Assembly (NCBI GenBank): GCA_966443485.1
Contig: CBJOJD010000001.1
Location: forward strand, 1-55,006
Reading direction: 5' to 3'
Length of the DNA stretch: 55,006 nt
Source of the DNA: an uncultured bacterium
GTDB lineage: Bacteria; Acidobacteriota; Terriglobia; Terriglobales; Acidobacteriaceae
Shown here: one piece after another, positions 32,247 to 41,775 of the stretch
How the letters are laid out: each line of letters begins with the position of its first letter
Position numbering within the stretch: the stretch's first letter is position 1
Program-made: the position numbers and the translations under genes
Notes under the pieces: generated by a model
Seen by the model: only the letters and a program-made list of their open reading frames with translations
What the model was told of the DNA's origin: nothing
The model's database searches: none

Positions 32247-32753
32247 TCAGGAATTCTCCAGCAAGCGCTCGTAGATTCGCAGAGTCTCCTGGTTGAAGCA
32301 GACGAACTGCACCTCCTCCAGACCGCTCTGCGGCAGATGCGAACGCACCGTCTCTACTGCGATATTCGCCGCACGCTCCGGCGGGAAACGATAGATGCCG
32401 GTGCTGATGGCGGGAAAGGCAATGGAGTGCACGTTGTGTTCGCGGGCAAGTTCCAGGGAGCGCCGGTAGCAGCTGGCCAGCAGTTCGTCTTCATTGTGCT
32501 TGCCATCGTGCCACACCGGACCGACCGCGTGGAACACCCACTTGGCGGGCAGGTGAAAGCCAGCTGTGGCTTTGACGTTGCCGGTCTCGCAGCCGTGAAG
32601 CTTGCGGCATGCTTCGAGCAACTCCGGTCCGGCTGCACGATGGATGGCGCCGTCCACTCCGCCCCCGCCCAAGAGGGACGTGTTTGCCGCGTTCACGATC
32701 GCGTCCACATGCAGTTGAGTGATGTCTCCGGAAACAGCAGAAAGTTTGGCCAT
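32247..32753 (-). CDS. Macrodomain O-acetyl-ADP-ribose deacetylase (YmdB-like)
   Basis: [30 protein letters not shown] and FPAISTGIY motifs. Confidence 0.93.
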   Translation of the reverse strand: MAKLSAVSGDITQLHVDAIVNAANTSLLGGGGVDGAIHRAAGPELLEACRKLHGCETGNVKATAGFHLPAKWVFHAVGPVWHDGKHNEDELLASCYRRSLELAREHNVHSIAFPAISTGIYRFPPERAANIAVETVRSHLPQSGLEEVQFVCFNQETLRIYERLLENS

Positions 32754-32823
32754 GAGCGCACCTCGCCCAAGGATAGCTGGTCGTTCGCGAAGCGACGCAT
32801 CCTCAGCCGCTGCCGTGAATCCA

Positions 32824-33852
32824 ATGACCATGGCAGACGGTCTTGCAGTTTCAGTTCTGGATCTGGTGGGCATGCAGCCCGGTGAAGCCCCTGGAGCCGC
32901 AATCGCGCGCTCTGTAGACTTGGCCCGGCACGTGGAGCAGTGGGGATACACGCGTTTTTGGCTCGCCGAACATCATTCCATTCAGGGTCTCGCCTGCTCG
33001 GCCACATCGGTGCTCATCGGTCACATTGCCGGGGCTACCAAGATGATTCGCGTGGGCAGCGGCGGCGTCATGTTGCCCAATCACGCACCTCTGGTGATCG
33101 CCGAGCAGTTCGGCACGCTGGAGGCGCTGTATCCGGGGCGGATCGACTTAGGCCTGGGACGCGCTCCGGGTGGCGACTTCAATACGATGCGTGCACTGCG
33201 TCGCGAGATGCGCCAGGACGGCGATGATCTGCCTGAGTTGTTGCAGGAGCTGCGAACCTACCTCGGGCCGGAGCATCCCTCTCAGGCAGTCAAGGCCTTC
33301 CCGGGGCAAAATACGCACGTGCCGATCACCTTGCTCGGATCCAGCGGGTATAGCGCACAGCTCGCAGCGCAACTCGGGCTGCCGTTTGCCTTCGCAGCGC
33401 ATTTCGCTCCCGCGTATCTTGAGGCGGCGGCCGACCTTTACCATCGCAACTTCCGTCCCAGTGAGGCTCTGCGTGAGCCCTACATGATGGTGGGAGTCCA
33501 GGTCATCGCCGCGGAGACCGACCAGGAGGCTCAGCGACTGTTCACCACGCCGCTGCAGCGCTTTCTGCGTCTGATTCGCAATCAGCCGGTCGAACTGCTG
33601 CCGCCAGTCGACTCCATGGAGCCACTTTGGAACGATTGGGAACGCGCAGCTGTGGAGAGCAAGCTGGGCGCGGCCATCGTCGGATCCGACAAGACGGTGA
33701 AGACAGGCTTGGAAGCTCTGCTAAAGAGAACTGGCGCAAGCGAGATTATTGCGGTGACGGACACCTACGACCATGCGGACCGGCTGAAGTCCTACCACCG
33801 CTTGAGTGAGATCGCATCGACGATCAAGGTGAAAGCCATGGTTCGTCAATAG
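32824..33852 (+). CDS. Luciferase-like flavin-dependent monooxygenase
   Basis: [24 protein letters not shown] and [11 protein letters not shown] motifs. Start is 32824 or 32830. Confidence 0.9.
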   Translation: MTMADGLAVSVLDLVGMQPGEAPGAAIARSVDLARHVEQWGYTRFWLAEHHSIQGLACSATSVLIGHIAGATKMIRVGSGGVMLPNHAPLVIAEQFGTLEALYPGRIDLGLGRAPGGDFNTMRALRREMRQDGDDLPELLQELRTYLGPEHPSQAVKAFPGQNTHVPITLLGSSGYSAQLAAQLGLPFAFAAHFAPAYLEAAADLYHRNFRPSEALREPYMMVGVQVIAAETDQEAQRLFTTPLQRFLRLIRNQPVELLPPVDSMEPLWNDWERAAVESKLGAAIVGSDKTVKTGLEALLKRTGASEIIAVTDTYDHADRLKSYHRLSEIASTIKVKAMVRQ

Positions 33853-33912
33853 CGGTTAGTCTTTGCCAGCATCCGGGCTGATTCCGTATGCTGGCGAGCA
33901 GATACCGACTGC

Positions 33913-34185
33913 ATGCGCCGATCCCGGGAAGTTCACCTCACTCTGCTTGCCACCCTCGCCTTAACCATGACTGCCTGCCGCGACGAGCGCCGCGATTGCG
34001 TCGACGCGCAGAATCACCTGCTTCCGCCCTCCGCCTGCCAAAGCAGTGCCAATGGTGCTCATTTCGTCTATGGCGGATCGAGTGGGGGCCACGATGGCGA
34101 TACCGTGGTGGGGGCAAGCAGTGTTTCCCGCGGCGGCTTCGGCAGCACCTCCGGGGAAGCCGGCGGTGAGGGTGGAGGCGAGTAG
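33913..34185 (+). CDS. Small Gly-rich lipoprotein (YgiB/DUF1190-like)
   Basis: MTAC lipobox; SRGGFGS C-terminal motif; ends 2 nt before the GSP-synthase-like gene. Confidence 0.75.
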   Translation: MRRSREVHLTLLATLALTMTACRDERRDCVDAQNHLLPPSACQSSANGAHFVYGGSSGGHDGDTVVGASSVSRGGFGSTSGEAGGEGGGE

Positions 34186-34187
34186 CC

Positions 34188-35372
34188 ATGCGCCGGCTCA
34201 CGGTTACCCCTCGTCAGGACTGGGAGGCCCGGGTGCAGCGAGTGGGGCTTACCTTTCACACCTTGGCTGACGGCAAGCCCTACTGGGATGAGAGCGCCTA
34301 CTGGGAGTTCTCCGCCGCGGAGATCGATCGCCTTGAGGCCGCTACCGCCGAGATTCAGCGCCTGGCGTTGGCGGCTGGGGAAGCGATCCTCCGTGAGGAC
34401 CGGTTGGAGCAGATGGGCATCCCCGAGGCTGCTCATGCCGCCATCCGGGCTGCCTGGAACAGTGAACCTCCCGCGCTGTATGGCCGCCTCGATCTGGCTT
34501 ACGACGGCCAATCGATCAAGTTGCTGGAGTACAACGCTGACACGCCGACGGGACTTGTGGAAGCCGCAGTAGCGCAGTGGTATTGGCTGCAGGACTGCTT
34601 TCCGGACCGCGACCAGTTCAACTCAATCCATGAGAAGCTGATCGCCAAATGGAATGACCTGAAGGATTACGTCACAACGCCCGTCTATTTTGCCGATGCC
34701 GGGTCCGATGAGGACCGCATGACGGTCGCTTATCTGCAAGACACGGCGCAACAGGCCGGCTTGCGCACCCGCCATCTCTCGATGGCGCAGATCGGCTGGG
34801 ACGCGAAGCGGCGATGCTTTGTCGACCTCGAAGAGCATTCCATCGGCACGCTGTTCAAACTTTATCCGTGGGAGTGGATGCTGAATGAGCCCTTCGGCCG
34901 GAATGCACTCTCCACCCTTCCGCCGCAGTCTCCGGTTCAGGAGTACGGCCCGCGCAAAGACCGCCGGTTGTGGGGTTCCACGCTGTGGATTGAGCCGATC
35001 TGGAAGATGATGTGGTCCAACAAAGCGCTGCTGGCAATCTTGTGGGAGCTCAATCCAGGCCATGAGCTCCTGTTGCCCGCTTATCTGGACGGCCCACGGG
35101 ACTTGAAAAGTTATGTGCGCAAGCCGCTGCTGGGGCGCGAGGGCGACGGGATCACGGTCATCCAGAACGGGTTGGCGCTCGCCGGGAGCCAAGGAGGCAG
35201 AAGCGAGGGTTGCGTTTACCAGGCGCTCGCTCCCATGGCGACAGCGGCCGGCAAAACCGCTGTTTTCGGGTCGTGGCTGATTGATGGGGAGCCTGCCGGG
35301 CTGGGCATTCGGGAGTCGGCCGGCCCGGTCACGGATAACCAGAGTTCGTTTGTGCCCCACCTGTTTCGGTAG
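34188..35372 (+). CDS. Glutathionylspermidine synthase-like ATP-grasp protein (YgiC family)
   Basis: YWDE, YGRLD, KLLEYNADTPT, FKLYPWEW, SNKALL and KPLLGREG motifs. Confidence 0.92.
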   Translation: MRRLTVTPRQDWEARVQRVGLTFHTLADGKPYWDESAYWEFSAAEIDRLEAATAEIQRLALAAGEAILREDRLEQMGIPEAAHAAIRAAWNSEPPALYGRLDLAYDGQSIKLLEYNADTPTGLVEAAVAQWYWLQDCFPDRDQFNSIHEKLIAKWNDLKDYVTTPVYFADAGSDEDRMTVAYLQDTAQQAGLRTRHLSMAQIGWDAKRRCFVDLEEHSIGTLFKLYPWEWMLNEPFGRNALSTLPPQSPVQEYGPRKDRRLWGSTLWIEPIWKMMWSNKALLAILWELNPGHELLLPAYLDGPRDLKSYVRKPLLGREGDGITVIQNGLALAGSQGGRSEGCVYQALAPMATAAGKTAVFGSWLIDGEPAGLGIRESAGPVTDNQSSFVPHLFR

Positions 35373-35716
35373 CGATCTGCGGGTGGGGAGAGACAGATTC
35401 AGATCTGGACGACTTACGGGACGGGGCTGTCCTTCCCACTTCGGCCTCGTCTTACCGGTAAGGAGAGCCTCGAGGAGTTCCGCGGGCGGTTCGGCTCATT
35501 GCATTTAAAATCTGGCACTTACGATCCGCATCTTGGCCGGATGTCAGGTCCAGCGAGCTGTAAGACGGGTGCAAGACAGTCTCCCCATTCTGGAAAGCCG
35601 TTTGGGCAAGATCCGCCAGATGTTTGCTTCTGCAAAGACTCCGCGACCGGTCCCAGGTACACTACTGAGGTTGTCCGGCCCGTCGATTAGAAGGTTGACT
35701 TAGCTATTCGCTTCCC

Positions 35717-38008
35717 GTGAGGCATCCTGGAACCATTCCGGCGCGGAGACCCGCAGCGTGTGGCAACTCTGCCACAAGGCGGGGTCGTGTCTTTGCCGCA
35801 GCCTTGGGATTGCTGGGTATTCCCCTGTTTTTGGCAGGGTGCGGAGCGGTGACGGTGACTGCCAACTCCAGTAATGCCACCTTCTCCCTGACCCCATCGA
35901 CATCGAATGTGGACACCAACTGCTCGGGGTGCAACACCAGAAACGGACGGGGATTGGCAGTCCAACGATTTGCGGCCACCCTGGCCGGTGGATCCCCCGC
36001 CGCCGTGAACTGGTCGGTTTCGGGCGGAGATGGAAGCGCGGGGGCGGGCAGCATTGATGTCAACGGCGAGTACACACCACCGGGCTATCTCACGGCGGAC
36101 CAGGCGCGGGTGGTGGTCACTGCCCGCTTGAAATCCGATCCAAACGTTGTAGCGTCTGCCCAGATCACGGTCACTCCGGGATTTCTGCAACCGCTGACAC
36201 CGGAGAATCTGGCGTTGGGTCCGGGCGGATCGGTCACGTTGACGGGGCGCTTGGCTGAGGCAGGAGGACGGGCGAATGTGCAGTTCGCGCTTGCGAGTTC
36301 GCCGAACGGCAGTGGCAGCGGGTTGGGAACGCTGAGCACACTGGCGTGCCAGCACTCCTCGAAGCTGTTTACGACCTGCTCGGTTACCTATACCGCGCCG
36401 CCGAACGTGAGTGGCACGGCTCCGGTATATGTCATTGCGACATCGGGACAAAATGCCTCCAGGACAGAGGCGGAGATCCTGCTGAACTCCGCGGCCGTAA
36501 CGAGCAACCCCACCGCTCATCAAGAAGCGCTCATGCCGTTGATGGCTCTGGGGAGCTCTGGGGGCAACAACAACGACTTCGATGGCCACGGGAATAACGT
36601 GGCGGATTGCTGTAGCGGAACGTTAGGCGCATTGATTCAAGACAACGCCGGACGCCAGTATCTGCTCAGCAACAACCACGTGCTGGCGCGCAGCGATCAA
36701 GCTTCGATTGGCGATCCCATCGTGCAGCCGGGCCTGATCGACAACAACTGCACACCGTACGGCGACGGGCCGGGGACGCTCCCAGTGGCTTCGTTGAGCG
36801 CATGGCTGCCGCTGAGTTCGAGCCAGACCAATGTGGATGCCGCGATTGCTCAAGTTGCGGCGCACACGGTGGATACTTCGGGCACGATCCTGGAACTCGG
36901 GGTTCGGCAGGCGGACGGCACGTTGGCGGCGGCTCCGCCGGGCATCTCTTCGAGCAACGGGCACGGAGAGCAGGCGGCATTGCAGATGCATGTGGTGAAG
37001 AGCGGGCGCACGACGGGCCTGACATGTGCGTCGGTCTCGGCGGTCGATCTGGATGTGTCGGTCGATTACTTCCGCGATTGCGCGGAGACCAAGCCGTATC
37101 TGACGAAGGTCTTCACTCACCAGATGGCCATGACGGGGGACCGCTTCAGCGATGCAGGGGATTCCGGGTCGCTGGTTCTGGATGCTAACAACGCCGAGCC
37201 GGTAGGACTCTTCTTTGCGGGCGGAACCGACGCGGCGGGCGTGGGTCAAGGGGTTGCGAATCCCGCGCCGGAGGTGCTGACGGAGTTGGGGACGCTGGCG
37301 GGTTCGAGCACTACGTATACCTTTGTGGGCGGGGCCGATCATGCGGTGAGCTGCCTCAACTACGGGGACGGAACGACCACAGCCGCGCAGAGCACCCGGC
37401 TGCCGGACGCCCAGATCACGCGCGCGGAAGACGCACTCTACGCGGCGCGCAGTTTAGTCAATCCCGGCGCGGGCATTCTGGGAGTGGCCATGGGAAAGAG
37501 CACGGACCACCCGGGCGAGGCGGCCATCGTGGTCTACGTGGCCGAAGACGCCTCACCCAGTGTGCCGGCGACGATCGATGGCGTTCGTACGGTGGTGGTA
37601 GCGAGCACGGCGCAGGCTGTGGCCTTCGGAACGGCTCCGCTCTCGAATGCGCTCTCGGGAACGATGGGGATCAACGGCAACGCGCTCAGCCGTGCCATGC
37701 TCGTGAAGCAGCGGAACGCCCGCAGCTTGATGGCGGAGTATCCGGCGTTCTTCGGAGTTGGTGTAGGGCAGAGTCTGGATAACCCACGGGAAGCATCGCT
37801 GGTGATCTATGTGGATCGCAACCGCCTGCCAGCGAGCTTGCCCGCGAGCATCGACGGGGTTCGCACCCGGTACATCGTGATGGATCGCCTGCACGTGACG
37901 CGTTCGTACGCGCTGCCAGGCGGCACGGGGCGTCATTGCCTCTCGCACAGCAGCACGGAGGAAGATCCCGAGCGACTGTTGCGCGAGCATGCGCGCTCGC
38001 TGTTCTGA
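35717..38008 (+). CDS. Putative lipoprotein: Ig-like region, trypsin-like serine protease, two C-terminal repeat domains
   Basis: LAGC lipobox; YTPP/YTAP Ig-like strands; GTLG, LSNNHV, VDAA, KSGRTTG and GDSGS protease motifs. Start uncertain. Confidence 0.8.
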   Translation: MRHPGTIPARRPAACGNSATRRGRVFAAALGLLGIPLFLAGCGAVTVTANSSNATFSLTPSTSNVDTNCSGCNTRNGRGLAVQRFAATLAGGSPAAVNWSVSGGDGSAGAGSIDVNGEYTPPGYLTADQARVVVTARLKSDPNVVASAQITVTPGFLQPLTPENLALGPGGSVTLTGRLAEAGGRANVQFALASSPNGSGSGLGTLSTLACQHSSKLFTTCSVTYTAPPNVSGTAPVYVIATSGQNASRTEAEILLNSAAVTSNPTAHQEALMPLMALGSSGGNNNDFDGHGNNVADCCSGTLGALIQDNAGRQYLLSNNHVLARSDQASIGDPIVQPGLIDNNCTPYGDGPGTLPVASLSAWLPLSSSQTNVDAAIAQVAAHTVDTSGTILELGVRQADGTLAAAPPGISSSNGHGEQAALQMHVVKSGRTTGLTCASVSAVDLDVSVDYFRDCAETKPYLTKVFTHQMAMTGDRFSDAGDSGSLVLDANNAEPVGLFFAGGTDAAGVGQGVANPAPEVLTELGTLAGSSTTYTFVGGADHAVSCLNYGDGTTTAAQSTRLPDAQITRAEDALYAARSLVNPGAGILGVAMGKSTDHPGEAAIVVYVAEDASPSVPATIDGVRTVVVASTAQAVAFGTAPLSNALSGTMGINGNALSRAMLVKQRNARSLMAEYPAFFGVGVGQSLDNPREASLVIYVDRNRLPASLPASIDGVRTRYIVMDRLHVTRSYALPGGTGRHCLSHSSTEEDPERLLREHARSLF

Positions 38009-38075
38009 TCGAGTAGCCGGGTAGCGGGACGGCTCTGCATTCATTGGCCGGCCCGCAAGAGAATGAATCAGGCGC

Positions 38076-38537
38076 TTAGGACTGCGCCGCTCTCTCCAAC
38101 TCGGCAAGATCGATTTTGACCATGCCCATCATGGCTTGGAAGGCCTTGGGGTTCTTTACAAGCTCAGGTAACTGTGCAGGCACCACCTGCCAGCTCAACC
38201 CGAATTTGTCGACCAGCCAGCCACACTGAATCTCTTTGCCACCGGCGGACAACTTGGCCCAGTAGTCATCGACCTCGGCTTGCGAGTCGCAACGCACGAC
38301 GAAGGAAACGGCCTGCGTGAAGGGGAAGCCGGGGCCGCCATTTAGCGCAGTGAACCGCTGCCCATCCAGTTCAAACGAGACGGTGAGGGCGGGCCCTTTC
38401 TCGCCGGGTCCACGACGCAGCACATCGATGATCCGGGAGTTCTTGAAGACGGAGAGATAGAACTGTGCCGCCTCCTCAGCGTTGGAATCGAACCAGAGAA
38501 ACGGGGTGATACGAGGGAAATCCTGAAAGCTGCTCAT
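38076..38537 (-). CDS. VOC family protein (PhnB/3-demethylubiquinone-9 methyltransferase-like)
   Basis: ITPFLWF, ALNGGP and CGWLVDKFGLSWQ motifs. Confidence 0.9.
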   Translation of the reverse strand: MSSFQDFPRITPFLWFDSNAEEAAQFYLSVFKNSRIIDVLRRGPGEKGPALTVSFELDGQRFTALNGGPGFPFTQAVSFVVRCDSQAEVDDYWAKLSAGGKEIQCGWLVDKFGLSWQVVPAQLPELVKNPKAFQAMMGMVKIDLAELERAAQS

Positions 38538-38735
38538 GCTTACCACCTGAAAGTGAGATTAGGGAACGCCGGCCCGCTGATGGACCTGGCGGTCTCATTC
38601 AACTTCAATTCACTTGCAACACTCAAGTAAATCTTCGTAGAGTCGTCGCGGGACGAAAAAGCTCGCTGCGACGGAGAGTGGCGATAAACTGATCTCCGTC
38701 CGGACCCACCTCGATCCGCCAAAGGAGACCTCTTG

Positions 38736-39152
38736 ATGAAGACCCGCACCTACCTCAACTACGGTGGCAACTGCGCGGATGCGTTCCGCTTTTATGAACA
38801 GAATCTCGGGGCGAAGATCGGCGTAATGATGACCTATGACCAGATGCCCGGCAATTCGCCCGACCGGCCCGTCGGCATGGATAAGGCCGTGCTGCATGCA
38901 CAGCTGAAGCTGGGGGACACGGAGGTGCTGGCCAGCGACGTGCCGCCCAATCTCTTTCAGCCTATGCGCAGCGTGTACCTGTGCCTAGGGGTCGATTCCG
39001 ATGCCGAAGCGGAACGGATCTACAACGTCCTGGCCGACGGCGCGGAGATCTTCATGCCCATGCAGGAGACCTTCTTTGCCACTCGCTTCGGACAACTGCG
39101 CGACAAGTTCGGTACGTCGTGGATGGTGATCCACGAGCGCCCCATGCCATAG
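38736..39152 (+). CDS. VOC family protein (PhnB/YjdN-like)
   Basis: YLNYGGNC, VLHAQL, MPMQETFFA and DKFGTSW motifs; AAGGAG SD. Confidence 0.9.
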   Translation: MKTRTYLNYGGNCADAFRFYEQNLGAKIGVMMTYDQMPGNSPDRPVGMDKAVLHAQLKLGDTEVLASDVPPNLFQPMRSVYLCLGVDSDAEAERIYNVLADGAEIFMPMQETFFATRFGQLRDKFGTSWMVIHERPMP

Positions 39153-39185
39153 CGCCGCTGGTCTGGCGTTGCATCCAGCATCAGA

Positions 39186-39218
39186 ACATGGTCCGATCTT
39201 CAGCGGATCGGACCATGT
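39186..39218. terminator. 13-bp perfect hairpin between convergent genes
   Basis: ACATGGTCCGATC-TTCAGCG-GATCGGACCATGT. Confidence 0.65.
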
Positions 39219-39237
39219 CTGATCGTTTAGAAATGCT

Positions 39238-40947
39238 TTATGCCAGAGCCGCTTCGACGACCGCGGCCAGCGTCTTCAAACCCGCTGCAACGTCTTTGCC
39301 GAGGTGTACGCGCAGTGCACGACGGCCACGGGATTCCAGAACCGCCAGATCGCCCGCTGCCTGCGCGGCGATGACAACGCCGAAGCTGTATTTCTGGCCG
39401 GGGATCGCCAAGTCAGTAGCATCATCCGCCGTGATCTGCAGGAATACGCCGCTGTTGGGCCCGCCCTTGTAGTCCTGACCGGTGGAGTGCAGGAAGCGCG
39501 GACCGAATCCCAGGCAGGTGGCCACCTTCTTGGCATCGCGCACCTTGTGACGGAAGCCCTGGATCACGTTCTCGTACTCGGTGAACATGGGCAGATAGGC
39601 GAGAGTGGCGAAGTAGTCGCCGGCGTGAATCTCGTCGAGATGCGCCTTCAGATAGCCTTTGAGATCGCTGGATGCGGCCGCGCCTTTCAGCACCTTGGCG
39701 TAGGCCTCGGTGGCGTAGAGCTCGATGCCGTTGTCTTTCAGGATGGGCGAACGTTCCGGAAGCTTGCCGGTCTTCTCGTACTCCGCTGTAAGCGCGCGCG
39801 TCTCGACCTTGGCGGACTCCACGTCGGGCTGATTGAAGGGATTGATGCCCATCACCGAGCCAGCGACGGCGGTAGCGATCTCCCAGGTGAAGAACTGGGT
39901 GAAGATCTCGTAGAGGTCTTCGATCTCGAAGTGGACGACGGGATGTCCGGCCTGCTCAAGGGCGGCGATCTTCGCGTCCTGGCTGGAGTCCGCAGTGCTC
40001 TTCAGGCGAACATAGGCAAAGATGCGATCTTTGCCGTAGACCTGCGGCGCACCCACGGCTTCGCGGTCGACGGGGGTAATGCCCTTGCCCAGCTTGCCGG
40101 TGGATTCGGCGATGAGTTGCTCCATCCAGGCGCCCAGGTCGTAGATCTCGGGCGAGGTGAAGATGGTGATCTTGTCGCGGCCGGCGTTGTGGGCGCTGCC
40201 GAGGATCAGTCCCAGCTGCACGGCGGGATTTTCGGCGACCGGCTTCTTCGCGGCGGCGACACCTTTAGCGGCGTGCTCAAGGAGCTTGGGTGTGTTCAAT
40301 CCTGCGACGGTCGCAGCCACCACGCCGAAGTTCGACAGAGCGGAGTAGCGGCCGCCGATCTCCGGATCGCCGTAGAAGATGTGGCGGAACTTGTCGCCCT
40401 TGGCCACCTGCTCCATTTTGGAGCCGGGATCGGTGATGGCGATGAAGTGGCTGCCGGCTTTGTCGGCACCCACGGCCTTCTGCATCTCTTCGAAGAAGTA
40501 CTGCTTCAGCACATTGGGCTCGAGCGTGGAGCCGGATTTGCTGGCGACGATCACGATGGTCTTGGCCAGATCCACCTTGTCGCGCGCAGCCTTGACCTGC
40601 ACCGGATCGGTGGAGTCGACGATGTGGAGGGCGGGAAAGCCGGACTGCGGGCCGAAGGTGACGGCCAGCACTTCAGGGCAGAGGCTGGAGCCGCCCATGC
40701 CCAGCAGGAGGGCCGACTGGAAGCCTGCGGACTTGATATCGGCGGCGAGGGCGGCGTGGGCCGCGGCCTCCTTCTGCTCGCGCTCCACGATGTCGATCCA
40801 GCCCAGCCACTTCTCTTCGCCGTCGCTGGTCCACAGGCTGGAGTCTTTCTTCCAGAACCGTTCCACTTTGTGGTTGGATTGCCAATCGGCGGCGGCTTGA
40901 TCGACGGTGCCGCGCAGTTCCTGGGGTAGTACGAATCGGTAGCTCAT
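39238..40947 (-). CDS. pgi: Glucose-6-phosphate isomerase (type resembling the PGI half of Tal-Pgi fusions)
   Basis: GMGGSSL, SKSGSTLE, GGRYSALS, EQLIAESTGK, NPFNQPDVE and GPRFLHSTGQ motifs. Confidence 0.88.
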   Translation of the reverse strand: MSYRFVLPQELRGTVDQAAADWQSNHKVERFWKKDSSLWTSDGEEKWLGWIDIVEREQKEAAAHAALAADIKSAGFQSALLLGMGGSSLCPEVLAVTFGPQSGFPALHIVDSTDPVQVKAARDKVDLAKTIVIVASKSGSTLEPNVLKQYFFEEMQKAVGADKAGSHFIAITDPGSKMEQVAKGDKFRHIFYGDPEIGGRYSALSNFGVVAATVAGLNTPKLLEHAAKGVAAAKKPVAENPAVQLGLILGSAHNAGRDKITIFTSPEIYDLGAWMEQLIAESTGKLGKGITPVDREAVGAPQVYGKDRIFAYVRLKSTADSSQDAKIAALEQAGHPVVHFEIEDLYEIFTQFFTWEIATAVAGSVMGINPFNQPDVESAKVETRALTAEYEKTGKLPERSPILKDNGIELYATEAYAKVLKGAAASSDLKGYLKAHLDEIHAGDYFATLAYLPMFTEYENVIQGFRHKVRDAKKVATCLGFGPRFLHSTGQDYKGGPNSGVFLQITADDATDLAIPGQKYSFGVVIAAQAAGDLAVLESRGRRALRVHLGKDVAAGLKTLAAVVEAALA

Positions 40948-41175
40948 CTTGGTATGGATTCTCCCTCATGGACACGGTTGCAGGGTGATGGCGACGCTCA
41001 CGGCATTCAAGTAGGCGGCCTGGCGATCAGCACGGCCGCTGCGCGAGCGAAGGTAAACGGAATATAAAAACTCTGCGGGACGGTCCTCTTGCCCGAAGAC
41101 GCTTCCCCGAGCAGGATACATCGCTGAGCCGCGCCCAACGCTGTTCTGGACGCGTATCGAATAGCAATGAACGAG

Positions 41176-41775
41176 CTAGTACAGCAGGGATCCAGCTTCG
41201 TTCTCGATGGCAACAAGGAGACTTCGCAGGGCCTCCACCTTGGGCTGAGCCAGCTTCCGCGCACTGCTTAGATGAAGCTTGGCGGGCAAATGTTCCACCG
41301 CTTTTTGCAGCACGGGAAGGAGATCGCTGTAAGTGGCATAGCGGGTGTCCCGGCCCACTTTGACGATGGCGCGCAAGGCACCCACTGCGCCCAGCTGCTC
41401 GAGAATGTCGGCATCGCGGAGGATGACGGCTTCGAGGAGCACCGGCTCGTCGTGGGGCTGATGGGTGCGGATCACCTCCGCCACCGCGTCCAGCTTGTAC
41501 AGAGGAAATCCCCACCCCGGGAGCAGATCGCGGCAGCGCGCGATGGTGTAGGGGACGTGGTTCCAGCGGGCCAGGTCGGCGGGGTCTTCGGGGCGATGGC
41601 CGATGAAGACGCCCAGGTCGTGCATCCAGGCCGCGGCGAAGACCACATCGTCGTCGTACTCGAGCCCTGCAGCGATCCGGCTGGCAAGCGCGTAGAGGCG
41701 CGGCTGATGGCCGAACTTATCCTTGGGCCGCGCCTCGGACTGAATGTAGGCGGTTACCGATTCGCGCCAGCTCAT
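41176..41775 (-). CDS. HD-domain phosphohydrolase
   Basis: H...AAWMHDLG...DADILEQLGA motif set; overlaps manA by 4 nt. Confidence 0.85.
   Translation of the reverse strand: MSWRESVTAYIQSEARPKDKFGHQPRLYALASRIAAGLEYDDDVVFAAAWMHDLGVFIGHRPEDPADLARWNHVPYTIARCRDLLPGWGFPLYKLDAVAEVIRTHQPHDEPVLLEAVILRDADILEQLGAVGALRAIVKVGRDTRYATYSDLLPVLQKAVEHLPAKLHLSSARKLAQPKVEALRSLLVAIENEAGSLLY

Noticed and set aside
32719-32951. Apparent head-to-head overlap of the macrodomain and luciferase-like genes
   Set aside because: With motif-based starts (32753 and 32824) they are separated by 70 bp.
35381-35590. 6S RNA identity
   Set aside because: Length fits, but I could not build a continuous rod with a central bubble, and the usual zapA/ygfA context is absent.
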